Shown here piece by piece: positions 1-9,777 of a stretch of DNA of 64,000 nucleotides. The stretch covers positions 1,248,001 to 1,312,000 of the forward strand of contig CP000071.1 of the NCBI GenBank assembly GCA_000002445.1, given 5' to 3'. Every line of letters starts with the position of its first letter. Positions within the stretch are counted from its first letter, which is position 1. A program made the position numbers and the translations under genes. The notes beneath the pieces are model-generated. The model made no database searches, was not told where the DNA came from, and saw nothing but the letters and a program-made list of their open reading frames with translations. This stretch comes from Trypanosoma brucei (taxonomy: Eukaryota).

Positions 1-876
1 AGAAAACAAAACGAAACAAAAAAACACAAACAAACAAACAAACAAAAAAGAAAAATAAATGGATGGAGATGTTGTGTAGAGTGATGGAGAGCTAATCGGG
101 CCGTTATGCAATAACATTTTTTTTTTTTTAAAGCCGAGAAAAAAAACAAGAAAGAAAACAAAACTGTTTAGAGGAAGGAAGCGGAAGATGAGAAAAAAAA
201 ACAAAAAAAAGTGAGGGACTTTTAACGGACCAAATGACAAGAAGGAGCGCGTTCGTAACTGGGAGGACCCGCTTCTATTCTCTAACATGTGAACTCCTTA
301 CGGGGAGGAAAGAGAAGGTGATAATAATAATAATAATAATAAATCAAAGAGGGGGAAATCACAGAGAGAGGAGGAACAACAACAACAAAAAAAAAACAAC
401 AACACCGCACCGGAAGGGAGGAACTCAAAAAGTAAAAACAAAAAACAAAAAAGGCACCAGCGGCATCTCCACAGCACCAACAGGAGGCGAGCGCGCAACA
501 ACGAGGTGAAGAAAGGGTGGAACAGGATTTTTTTTTAAAAAAAGAAGGAAGTCAGGCCGTCAGAACAAGTCAGGGATGCGGCAGAGGTGTCATATATTAC
601 ACTGCTATGAGGTTCATTATTTAATTATAGTGTCTACTTCATTTCCCTGTACACACAAACCTAACCTCAACGTACCCAACTAACCAAACACCACTGGAGA
701 TCACCGTAAACAAAAAAAAAGGTACTGGAAAGCAACAGCGCCCCCTGCAAATTCGCCAGACGAAAAAAAAAAGAGAAGCACAGAACTTCAATGACATCAC
801 AATGAACATTTTCCCTCTAATCTATTTCCTTTTGCCCACTCGGACCCTTGCTTTTCCTTTTTCTCCTCTTTAATGC

Positions 877-2136
877 TCAACTTTTCCATATACCACACGT
901 ATTATCCTTCGATCCCGTTAATATTGTGTCTCCCTCATAGTTGAAAGCACACGAAAATATCTCATCATTATGCCCCGTAAGCGTTTGTAAATTCTGCCCC
1001 GTTTCCACGCTCCACACTCGACACGTCTTGTCATTTGCAGCCGAAATAATTTTTGTGCCTTGTGGGTTGAATTGAACCTTCGAAATCTCCCCTTCGTGCC
1101 CCACCAGACTTGCGACGCAGTTAAATGTCGCCGTGTCGTATACACGCGCCGTTGCATCTGCACTAGCCGTTACAATTTGGGATCCCGATGTGCTGAAAGC
1201 AACGTCAAGAATTTCATCCGTGTGCCCACGCAGCGTTGAAACACACTGTCCACTGCCTACATCCCACAACTTACTCGTGCGGTCAATGCATCCTGTGACG
1301 CAGAGGTTCCCAGCAAAGTTAAATTGCGTGGAGGAAATCTCCGCTCGATGGGAGCTCAATGTGTGTACGCATTTTCCCGTCCGCACATCCCACAACTTCG
1401 CAGTGGTGTCGAAACTACCAGTGAGAATGAGATCCCCATTCGTGTTAAAATTTAGTGAGACGATTTCTGCGGTGTGGCCGAGTAGTGTGTACAATTCTTG
1501 CCCTGTTTCAACATTCCACACCTTTGCCGTGTAATCCATTGAACCTGACGACAAGTGTGTGCTCTGGGGGTTGAAACTCATGCACACAATTTCCGCCATG
1601 TGTCCCGCCAGCGTGCAGTAGCACTGAGCTGTCCGTGCATCCCATATCTTACATGTTTTGTCGAAACTCCCTGTGGCTACTCGGTTGCCGTACGGGTTGT
1701 TGAACGAAACAGAGTAAACAACGTTTCGATGTCCCTCAAGAGAAACAATTTCATTGCCCGTGGCCGTGTCCCATACCTTACAGGTGCGGTCATAACTTCC
1801 TGTGATGAAAGAATCACCGCCTTTATTGAAGGCACAGTTGGTCAGTGGCAGCATGTGCGCTCGGAGAGTCTTGAAGAGGTAAAACGTTTGGTTGTTGTTG
1901 TAACCCGCACGAAGTTTGTCCACCAGGCGTTGCAGATACGTGACAATCTGCGGCAGAAGATTCATGGAGAGCAGGGGCTCCTCCTTGATTATTTCTGCGG
2001 CCAAGAGTTCTAGATTGGTGTTTGGCGTCAGCGTGAGTAAATCTATATGCTTCTCGCCCACCTCCCCAACGGAGGTCTCATATTCCAACGTTATTCCCGG
2101 AGGGTAGTATCGCAGCAAGAAGGAACGAAGCCGCAT
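877..2136 (-). CDS. ODA16: Outer-row dynein assembly factor ODA16 / DAW1 (WDR69) WD40-repeat protein
   Basis: The 419-aa ORF aligns near end-to-end by eye with human DAW1/WDR69: [15 protein letters not shown] vs [68 protein letters not shown] and the C-terminal [26 protein letters not shown]. It contains about 8 WD40 repeats. Confidence 0.9.
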   Translation of the reverse strand: MRLRSFLLRYYPPGITLEYETSVGEVGEKHIDLLTLTPNTNLELLAAEIIKEEPLLSMNLLPQIVTYLQRLVDKLRAGYNNNQTFYLFKTLRAHMLPLTNCAFNKGGDSFITGSYDRTCKVWDTATGNEIVSLEGHRNVVYSVSFNNPYGNRVATGSFDKTCKIWDARTAQCYCTLAGHMAEIVCMSFNPQSTHLSSGSMDYTAKVWNVETGQELYTLLGHTAEIVSLNFNTNGDLILTGSFDTTAKLWDVRTGKCVHTLSSHRAEISSTQFNFAGNLCVTGCIDRTSKLWDVGSGQCVSTLRGHTDEILDVAFSTSGSQIVTASADATARVYDTATFNCVASLVGHEGEISKVQFNPQGTKIISAANDKTCRVWSVETGQNLQTLTGHNDEIFSCAFNYEGDTILTGSKDNTCGIWKS

Positions 2137-2675
2137 GGGTTCAGTAAGTGGATGTGGGGGAAGAGTTAAACGAAGTCGGATATAAATATATATAAAGTAA
2201 ATGAGATTAAACCTTGAAGTAGCTAATCAACAACAAGTGACTGCTTTTTCTATACTTTAATATATGTACGTATATATGTTGCTCCTATAGAGTTAGAAAT
2301 AACACAAAACAAGAAAAAGGATGGTGCGAAAGTAACAGAAACCTTTCCATTTAAGTGTGAGCGAGAGATACAACATATGTCCATCCTCGTCGTAACGCGT
2401 AGTAACAGTGGAGGGAACCGTAAATAATCACAGAAGTAGCAGTAGGTGTTGTGGTGGGCAGTTTCTTTTTTTGCTGTTGCGTATTTGAAATATATGCTTT
2501 AAGACCCACTTGACATCCTTCCTTCACCAGCAGATCCCACAGGTGAAAAATGTGCTTCGACCTAAACACGTCGCGCGCTGCAGGTTCATCAGGGAGGTGC
2601 CAGGTGTCTGTGTATGCAGAAGAAACGAAAGAATGAAGACGGCAACGAAATAAAGATAGAGATGAGGAGCCGAAC

Positions 2676-2689
2676 AAAAAAAAAAAAAA
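2676..2689 (-). promoter_or_regulatory. Putative polypyrimidine tract in spacer upstream of ODA16
   Basis: A14 is embedded in a purine-rich plus-strand stretch (2640-2700), which is pyrimidine-rich on the coding strand, 5' of the ODA16 start at 2136. A second purine-rich stretch at about 2290-2345 is an alternative. Confidence 0.3.
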
Positions 2690-3194
2690 GCAGTCGATAC
2701 GACAAGAAAGAAAGGAGAGGCAATAGCCACAACCATCCTCGCTGAATATCTACCACTCCGCAACATATACAATCCTGAATCCTCACACACCGGCATGAAA
2801 TCAGCGCTTGTAAGAGTGCATCTCGGGTTGGAAGAGAACAGGTGACGTTGCCTGCCACGACGCAAATGGAAAAAAATGACACTAAACTGAGTGGGAGAGA
2901 CGGATACAAATACACTTCCACATCGCTGGCACTCGAAGCGTCATACTTGTCAAGAAAAACAAAGAAAGCCATCTACGAAATCAACGAAATAAAAATACTT
3001 CGTTTGGTTTCTCTTCCTCCCTCCTCTCTTTTTCTTTATTTCAGGGATCAAACACACATGGGCTGCGTCACTTGGTCTTTTTGCGGTTTAACATAATCAC
3101 AACTTCCGACCTCCCCTCCCCTTCCTTCAATGTCTCTTCCTGAAACAACAGCACACACTGCTTCTTCCCTACTATCGCAATAGGGCACTTCACA

Positions 3195-3872
3195 TCAAGA
3201 AAGATCATACGCGGCTTCGTCGGCGTCTTCGTCTGGAATGGATTCCCTCTCATACGCCTCATCGGCATCCTCGTCATCAACAAATAGTTCCTTATCCATT
3301 TGCCATAAGTCCCAACCACGAAGTTTGCCCTCGCCGGCTTTCGCCTTCCGCACACGAGCGGCATCCGCCTCGGCTGCCTCCTGTCGCTTGGCCGCTTTCC
3401 AGGCTTGAAAACTTTCCTCCGTAACGGGTGTGAGATCACTGCGCCCCTTCAATGCTTCACGTTCCGCCTCCAGCTGTTCCTCTAATCGGCGCTCATCGTA
3501 TTGCACCTCGTCAAAGTCCTCTGGTCTGAACAGGTATTCATCAGGGGCGCAACCGAGATTTTTGTCGACCTCTTCACCTTCTGCGTTGTTGGCACTTTCC
3601 TCTTGCTTCGATTTGTCCTGTTTATTGACGGTAGAAACGTCCTTGAAGAGGCGAGCCATCTCCATCTCGAAGGCCTTCTTCTCCTCACGGGCCTTTCGTT
3701 TTGCTTCAAGATCCTCATTACGCTTACGGTCATTGGGGTTTCCTTGATTGACACTTTTGGAAATGGATTGAATGTAGGACTGTACCTTCGAGCTTCTGTT
3801 CTTATTCTTCAACCCAAACGTTTTGTCTTCGACAATCTTTTCCCGCTTCTTCTGCTCAGCCTTCTTGCCCAT
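3195..3872 (-). CDS. DFRP1 / ZC3H15 / Tma46-like DRG-binding protein lacking the central CCCH zinc fingers
   Basis: The N-terminus KKAEQKKREKIVEDKTFGLKNKNRSSKVQSYIQS matches yeast Tma46 ([21 protein letters not shown]) and human ZC3H15. The C-terminal LTPVTEESFQAWKAAKRQE matches the DFRP domain (LTPITIANFAQWKK / ITLESFLAWKKRKRQE). The 225-aa ORF has no C-x8-C-x5-C-x3-H motif between these blocks. Confidence 0.75.
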   Translation of the reverse strand: MGKKAEQKKREKIVEDKTFGLKNKNRSSKVQSYIQSISKSVNQGNPNDRKRNEDLEAKRKAREEKKAFEMEMARLFKDVSTVNKQDKSKQEESANNAEGEEVDKNLGCAPDEYLFRPEDFDEVQYDERRLEEQLEAEREALKGRSDLTPVTEESFQAWKAAKRQEAAEADAARVRKAKAGEGKLRGWDLWQMDKELFVDDEDADEAYERESIPDEDADEAAYDLS

Positions 3873-4920
3873 GTTAACTTGCTCTTAATCGTTTTCTTTT
3901 TGTTGCTTTTGGCAGGTGCTCCGGTTGCTGAAGTTTGTAACAAATGTCTCCACGCCGCCCTACCAATTACTATGTTGCACCCTCTATTAACAACAACAAC
4001 GCAGATTCGCAAATCAAAAAGAACAAAAGGAGGAAGCGAATCGAATTAATTAATTCCGGAAGCACTGTGTAACCGCCTGTAGGCCGCCGCTGCGCCCACC
4101 AAACCTCCTGTGCATGTTTGCATTAGGGAGGGTAGAAAGGGACTGGAGAAGTGACGCTTACTTAAAAGAAGGGTAAACCACATTACTAGTCTCCTCTCAA
4201 AAAAGAAAAAGAAAAATTGTGTTTTTCGTTGTACCCCGTCTGCACATGACTAAACTAAGAAGCAGTTCGGAGCTTCACTCTCCTCTGGAAATTCCAATTG
4301 CATTTCCCCATGTGCTCGGGTACCTCCCACCAATCACTGATCTATGATAAATGTGTGAAGATATAGATGCAACCCGACAGACTAATTTCGTCTGCCTTGG
4401 CATGTACCTTCCCCTTTGCTTGGGGCTGCCACTGCTCCCATTGGTAGTTTCAAATCAATGAGCAAGTGGACAGCAAAAATAAACTTTCTCCCCTCCTCCA
4501 CATTCAAATATTTGTATAGGATGTGTAAGAGGAAACGACGGTGCGCAGAAGCGCACCCGCCCGCGGAATACACGGGGCGGGTGAGAATCCCACGACACTT
4601 GAGTGTGATGGTAAGTGCATGGCACTGCTAATAAGATAGAAAAGAGAAAAGTGGGCAAGAAAACCCAGCGAAGGAGGTGTGAATCATTTATTCACTCCTT
4701 TCTTCTTTTCCATTCCCCCTACACTCCTTCTCATATATCTTTTCACCCTTCTATACTGGCGCATATTCAGCATTTTCTATAGATCTGTTGGACCCACCCT
4801 CAGGTAGGGTCGCGAGAGAATGGAAAGGAAGCGTTGAAACAAACATCACTGACCAAAAATAAAAAAAAGAAGGGGAAACAAAACAATAACCACCCGAAAC
4901 AAGATACGATTACTCAACAC

Positions 4921-7900
4921 TTAACGCCGTACTCTCTCGAACCAGCGATCTTCATCTCCTATGATATCCGAACTGTTGGAAATTGCAACACGGCCTACAC
5001 GTCTTACCCCGGAAGTACTTCGGACTCTTGGACGAGTAGTCAATTCGGCCTCCGCCTCTTCATCGTCGTAGCTCACTTCCCTAACAGCCGCGTCTCCTTG
5101 TAGACGCGAGGGCGATGGTTGAGGTGACGATTGGAACGATGGTGATGGGGGGCGTCTAGTGGGTGGAGTCCTTCTTATCGGCCGCCTAACCGCTTCCTCT
5201 TCCTCTTCTTCTATTTCATCCACCTCATGATTCATGACGGGGGGCGCAGGTCTGCGGGTGATGTAACCCCTTCGTGGAACTGGGGCTGGTGGTATCTCAC
5301 TTGAAGGTACGCTCCGGAACGAGTCAGGTACAAACTTTCGATCGGGTTGAGATGAAGGGCGACGAGGAGCTCCTTCAACACCGTCACCACCCCTCTCCAT
5401 AGCTTGAAGTCGATCCCGTTGCTCCCGCCCACGCGTTGGTGGCGGGCCTCCTCTTTTTCCATTTGCACTCGCAAACAGAGGTTGTTGTGGCCTCTTTTTC
5501 GCTTCGTGGAACTCTGCTTGCTCGTTCACCTGCTCCTCCTCGACTTCTTCGTACTTTACCTCTTCCTCATCAACCGCTTCTCCATCCGCCATCTCGACCT
5601 CCTCCTCCTCCTCCTCCTCCTCCTCTTCCACTTCTTCCTCTTTCATGGCGGTACTCCTGGAGGGCGGTGACCTCGACTTTCCACCCCTTCCTGATTTAAC
5701 CACAACCTTTGTTTCTTCACCTTCCATTTCGGTTCCCTGAAGCGTATTGCCCACCGTCTGGGGAATTTGGGAACTACCATGTTTTGTTGACGAATCCCTT
5801 GAAGCAATACCCCGTCGTGCGGGTGCCGCTATCTCCTCCATTTCGTCAAAATCATCATCATCGTCAGCCTCTGGGAGTAACTGTACAAGCGTTGGCGTAA
5901 GCAGTGCCTCGAGGTCGTCACGGTTGGTCAGAATGTCGTGAACCACAGAAACATCAAACTCCTCTATGGCTTCCACAAGACTAGAGACACTCTCGCACTG
6001 AGCTATTGCATTCGCAAGTCCTAGCGGTTCAGCAAGCTGATAAAGACGCTTTTTCTCTGCCACTGAGAAAGGCCCTTCGGTGTCAATACTAACAATGGAT
6101 GTGTTTGCGTTACTCATGGCAGTTGCTCTGTTGGTTCCACTGCCGCCGCTAATGGAAGTGGCCAAAATGTGGTAATGCACGACGTTTACACGGGTTAGAA
6201 TCTGCTGATCAAGCACGTGAAGCACCCCAAGCATCGCCTCAGCAAAACGACAACGAATGTCTTCTTCACGAACAGAACTCTTGAGAGATGTTTCGTATAA
6301 GTGCAGCGTGGTTCCCATCAATGCGACGACACTACACCCCGAGTTGAAGTCAATTGCCGGCCGAATGGGCGTGAAACGACACTTTTTATTCGCGAAGAAT
6401 GCTGTAAACGCCTTAACGGCTTCATCAACCTTTTCCGCCGTCATGTCAGTTACGTTTTTACCACGCCGGGACCGGTACGGACGCCGATCAGATGAGAGAA
6501 GAGGAAAACCAAACGGAGGTACATCACGCACATCAACCGTAACGGGATGCCCACGCGAAATGGTACGCAACAAAACAGCAGCGTGTATTAGTGCCTCTAC
6601 ACCCTTTTCTTTGTAGAATCGGACGGACGCCACGTCGGCTGTGGAGGCCTCACGCGCTTCTGCGTAGCTGTTATACGCAGCCCACACCTGCTTCAATGCG
6701 GCAATCTCCGCCGTATCGTTACGCGATAAACTTGTCGAACTGAAGGCACTATAAAGGGCGAACGGATCCACCTGGGAAATCTCGTCGTCGATTGGTATGA
6801 CGAAGCCTCTCTTCTCGTCCTCCCTAACGTCCGGTAGATGCAGATAGCCATCTGCACTGCTAAACTGGTGAAGCATCAGGGCGGTAAGGCGCGCTAAAGA
6901 CTCTCTCTCTTTCTTGTTGGGCGGTGAAACAGTTGTTGCGGATGCGGTCGCAGCATTTTCGCCACGCTGCTCCTCCTCGACATCGGCATTGTGGTGTCTA
7001 CCTTTTTTCTGCGGACTGTCATCAGTGCCCCTCTTCTTATGTCGGACTCTCATCGCCTTCGGGTCGGAAGCTTCCGCTTTCACATTCTCCGGGGTCGCTA
7101 CCGGATTCAAGTTTCTATTGCCCCGCACGTATGGGGCGGGAGCAAACTCCTGCTCTGTCTCCTCCAAGAGGCGTGCGATCTCAGCATCCTCATCTGTATG
7201 TACAGTCTCAGCAGCCTTCTCATTTTTCTTGCTATTGCTTGCGGCCGCAGCCACTTTATCTTCCTCTCCCTCCCCGAAACCCTCCCCAGCAGCCAACTCT
7301 ACTTGTCTCGCATGCCTCTTTCCTCTGTTCTTCGGTGACTTGTTAAACTTGTTACCAGAGGCATCAGTTTTGTCTTCTCCCTCCTCGGTTGCTGACGCCG
7401 CACTCGCTTCTTGGCTTTTGTTCTCTCTCTTCTCTCCAGCAGCTTCACTAGCTGCAGCTGCCACAGCCCCTGGGAGTGCCGCCTGCATCCCCGTGATAAG
7501 TGGTGCGAGTATTTTCCTGTTGCCCTTATTCGCTACGAACTCTTCAATTACAGCAGCCTGTATTGTTTTTGTTAACCACATAATCACCTGGTCCTTCTGT
7601 GACTCAGCAGGTTGCCGTGCCATCGTGGCATACGCTTCTTCTAAAACGCCCCGGGTATACATCGACACAGGAACTCGCTCCCGGTTCTCATCCCAACGAC
7701 CCACCGTCGTTATACCCGCAAGACGGAGCGCTCGCGCGTCTTTGCACACCTGATAGCGTTCCGAGGCAAGAACGACATCCAACCATTCGCGGCGGCCGCG
7801 TAAGGCCGTAAGTTGTCGCCGTGGGACCATTGCGACAAAATCAAGCATGGACACGTCCTCAACATCAGAGGCGCCGGAATCAATCAACAGCTGTACGACA

Positions 7901-8271
7901 CCCCGCAACGTGTCAGTACGTATACCACTCCCACCGGGTTCTAGTTCAGGAATCAGTACCTGTTCGATTGAACACTGATGCGGCAATGTGTGCGGAATGT
8001 TACCGCCATTAGTTGGGGTCATATTTGAAGACGTGGAGTGGTAACGAAAGCTTCCACTTAGGCCCGTAGCACATAAGCTTCTGCGTCGTAATCCATTCGT
8101 CACAGTGGTGAGGAGTCCAACGCACGCCACATGTTTTGGGGCCAGAGAAACAAGATTACGGCGAAGCATGGCTTTTGTTCGTTCTACTCCCCTCACACTT
8201 TTAAAGGCTCCGGTTCGTTCCACTGTGTGTGATCCGGTTTGGTTTCCAGGACACGTGGAGTTGAAAACCAC
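4921..8271 (-). CDS. Large hypothetical protein (1116 aa), paralog of the adjacent 9778-14847 gene; poly-Glu and Pro-rich C-terminal tail
   Basis: A long uninterrupted ORF on the coding strand of the unit. Two blocks are shared with the neighbouring gene: LLIDSGASDVEDVSMLDFVAMVPRRQLTALRGRREWLDV...ALRLAGITT, and PPFGFPLLSS...FFANKKCRFTPIRPAIDFNSGCSVVALMGTTLHLYE...FAEAMLGVLHVLD. An in-frame (GAG)n run encodes E10. Confidence 0.7.
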   Translation of the reverse strand: MVFNSTCPGNQTGSHTVERTGAFKSVRGVERTKAMLRRNLVSLAPKHVACVGLLTTVTNGLRRRSLCATGLSGSFRYHSTSSNMTPTNGGNIPHTLPHQCSIEQVLIPELEPGGSGIRTDTLRGVVQLLIDSGASDVEDVSMLDFVAMVPRRQLTALRGRREWLDVVLASERYQVCKDARALRLAGITTVGRWDENRERVPVSMYTRGVLEEAYATMARQPAESQKDQVIMWLTKTIQAAVIEEFVANKGNRKILAPLITGMQAALPGAVAAAASEAAGEKRENKSQEASAASATEEGEDKTDASGNKFNKSPKNRGKRHARQVELAAGEGFGEGEEDKVAAAASNSKKNEKAAETVHTDEDAEIARLLEETEQEFAPAPYVRGNRNLNPVATPENVKAEASDPKAMRVRHKKRGTDDSPQKKGRHHNADVEEEQRGENAATASATTVSPPNKKERESLARLTALMLHQFSSADGYLHLPDVREDEKRGFVIPIDDEISQVDPFALYSAFSSTSLSRNDTAEIAALKQVWAAYNSYAEAREASTADVASVRFYKEKGVEALIHAAVLLRTISRGHPVTVDVRDVPPFGFPLLSSDRRPYRSRRGKNVTDMTAEKVDEAVKAFTAFFANKKCRFTPIRPAIDFNSGCSVVALMGTTLHLYETSLKSSVREEDIRCRFAEAMLGVLHVLDQQILTRVNVVHYHILATSISGGSGTNRATAMSNANTSIVSIDTEGPFSVAEKKRLYQLAEPLGLANAIAQCESVSSLVEAIEEFDVSVVHDILTNRDDLEALLTPTLVQLLPEADDDDDFDEMEEIAAPARRGIASRDSSTKHGSSQIPQTVGNTLQGTEMEGEETKVVVKSGRGGKSRSPPSRSTAMKEEEVEEEEEEEEEEVEMADGEAVDEEEVKYEEVEEEQVNEQAEFHEAKKRPQQPLFASANGKRGGPPPTRGREQRDRLQAMERGGDGVEGAPRRPSSQPDRKFVPDSFRSVPSSEIPPAPVPRRGYITRRPAPPVMNHEVDEIEEEEEEAVRRPIRRTPPTRRPPSPSFQSSPQPSPSRLQGDAAVREVSYDDEEAEAELTTRPRVRSTSGVRRVGRVAISNSSDIIGDEDRWFERVRR
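5598..5628 (-). repeat. In-frame (GAG)10 trinucleotide repeat encoding poly-Glu inside the 4921-8271 CDS
   Basis: The plus strand reads cctcctcctcctcctcctcctcctcctc. On the coding strand this is GAG x10, translated as EEEEEEEEEE within VEEEEEEEEEEEEVEMADGE. Confidence 0.9.
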
Positions 8272-9777
8272 ACCGGGCCTATCCGTCGCACCCTCGTTCC
8301 TCCCTTTTTTTTCTCTTTAAAAGGATGGAAGATGTATTGATAAGAAATGTTTGTCTACTGTATGCGCAAAAAAAAACACATATAGAAGGAGAAAAGCGGA
8401 GAAGGAGAACGATCGTAACGCGGCCCTCATAGTGGGTACAGTGACAATCACAAGAAAAAAGCGCGTGCTCCCAACAAGGTATATACTTTTGTACAAGTAG
8501 TGTATGACAAAAAGGGGGTGGGGATAAAACAGAATCACATATGGGAGTGGAATAGAAGAAAGGATGAATGACCCAAACATAAGACGGAGGAGAGGGGAAC
8601 ACCAAACAAAGAAACAAGCGAATGAGAAAAAAAATACAAAAAGTAAGGAAAGTGGTCGTATGCAACAGGACGGGCGGGCCCTCACCCCAGTCGCCGTTTT
8701 CTCTATCCTTCGCACCCTTTTCGCTTTCCCTCATTGGGTCAAACCATCGCCGTCATGCTTTTTCGTTGATTGAAAATCCATTTAGACACTTATGAACGTA
8801 AATAAATATATTTATATATATCACAACGTCGCGCACATACTTATAGAAGGGGCATGCGCCTTTAAGTGCGGTTACTGGCACCGCATGACCTGGCTTCCTC
8901 TCACTCAGTGGTCACTGCGGTAGCTCTGCAGTTGGATGACACACAGGGGGGGGGGGAAATAGGAGGGAGAACTCTGCGTAAAGATCCAGCACCACCTTGC
9001 GTAGGCCAAACGACACGACATCGGCCTTCCAGGCGTAAACGAACTCATAAAAAGAAAAGATTAATCCACGTTGCGAATATATAAAATGACATGAATACGG
9101 AAAGAGATCTAACAAAGGAAGCCACGTACCTTTCACTTCATTACTCACTTGTCTTTAATTTTAATGCATCTATGAAACTTGCGTGGCGGTTGCGCCGCAC
9201 GGCCACACACAGCAAACTGCCGTCTTGGTCACGAAGCGCACGCAAGCCAGGGGAACAACTGGTATCTGCTTCCAAAGGCAGAAACCGGCGAAGAATACCA
9301 AAGTAATACTTAAAGTAATAACAATAAGTGCATCAGTGATAGGTCCATCAAAAGAAAAACTAGGACGAAACACTGCTTAGACGTATCACCCTTCCTCTAT
9401 CGTTCTATTTACGTATGCGTTCATCATGTTGTAGGTTTGCGGGTCTGCACTTACATACTCCGTGCGTAAGTCTGCACACGACAATGTGAAGTAATGCAAC
9501 GAAGCTGGGCGACCATCAGGAAGTCACGGGATAAGGGAAAGATACAATTCAAGCAATCGGTCGAGAGCCGACACTACCAAATGAAGTAAAGTGAAACCAA
9601 AACTCTGAGCTCAGGTAAGTAAATGCAGCAAAGTATGCAAACATCATACGAGGTAAGGAAGAACACACTGCAGTTTTTACGGTGGTGCGATGCGAAGTCC
9701 AGCACTGTTTTCTTACCACCTTCTACTCTGTTCCACACTGCTATCAGTAAACGTTCCGTGGGAAAACGCCAAGAAGC

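Noticed and set aside
234-509. Overlapping ORFs on both strands in A-rich DNA at the window start
   Set aside because: They are homopolymer and low-complexity translations (IIIIIII, NNNNKKK, LLLLLL). This region is the 3' spacer downstream of ODA16.
1133-2107. Plus-strand ORFs of 133, 152 and 63 aa
   Set aside because: They are antisense to the well-supported ODA16/DAW1 WD40 gene and are frame shadows.
6914-7753. 279-aa, 140-aa and 115-aa plus-strand ORFs
   Set aside because: They are antisense shadow ORFs inside the 4921-8271 gene, and their translations are low-complexity (A/S/L-rich).
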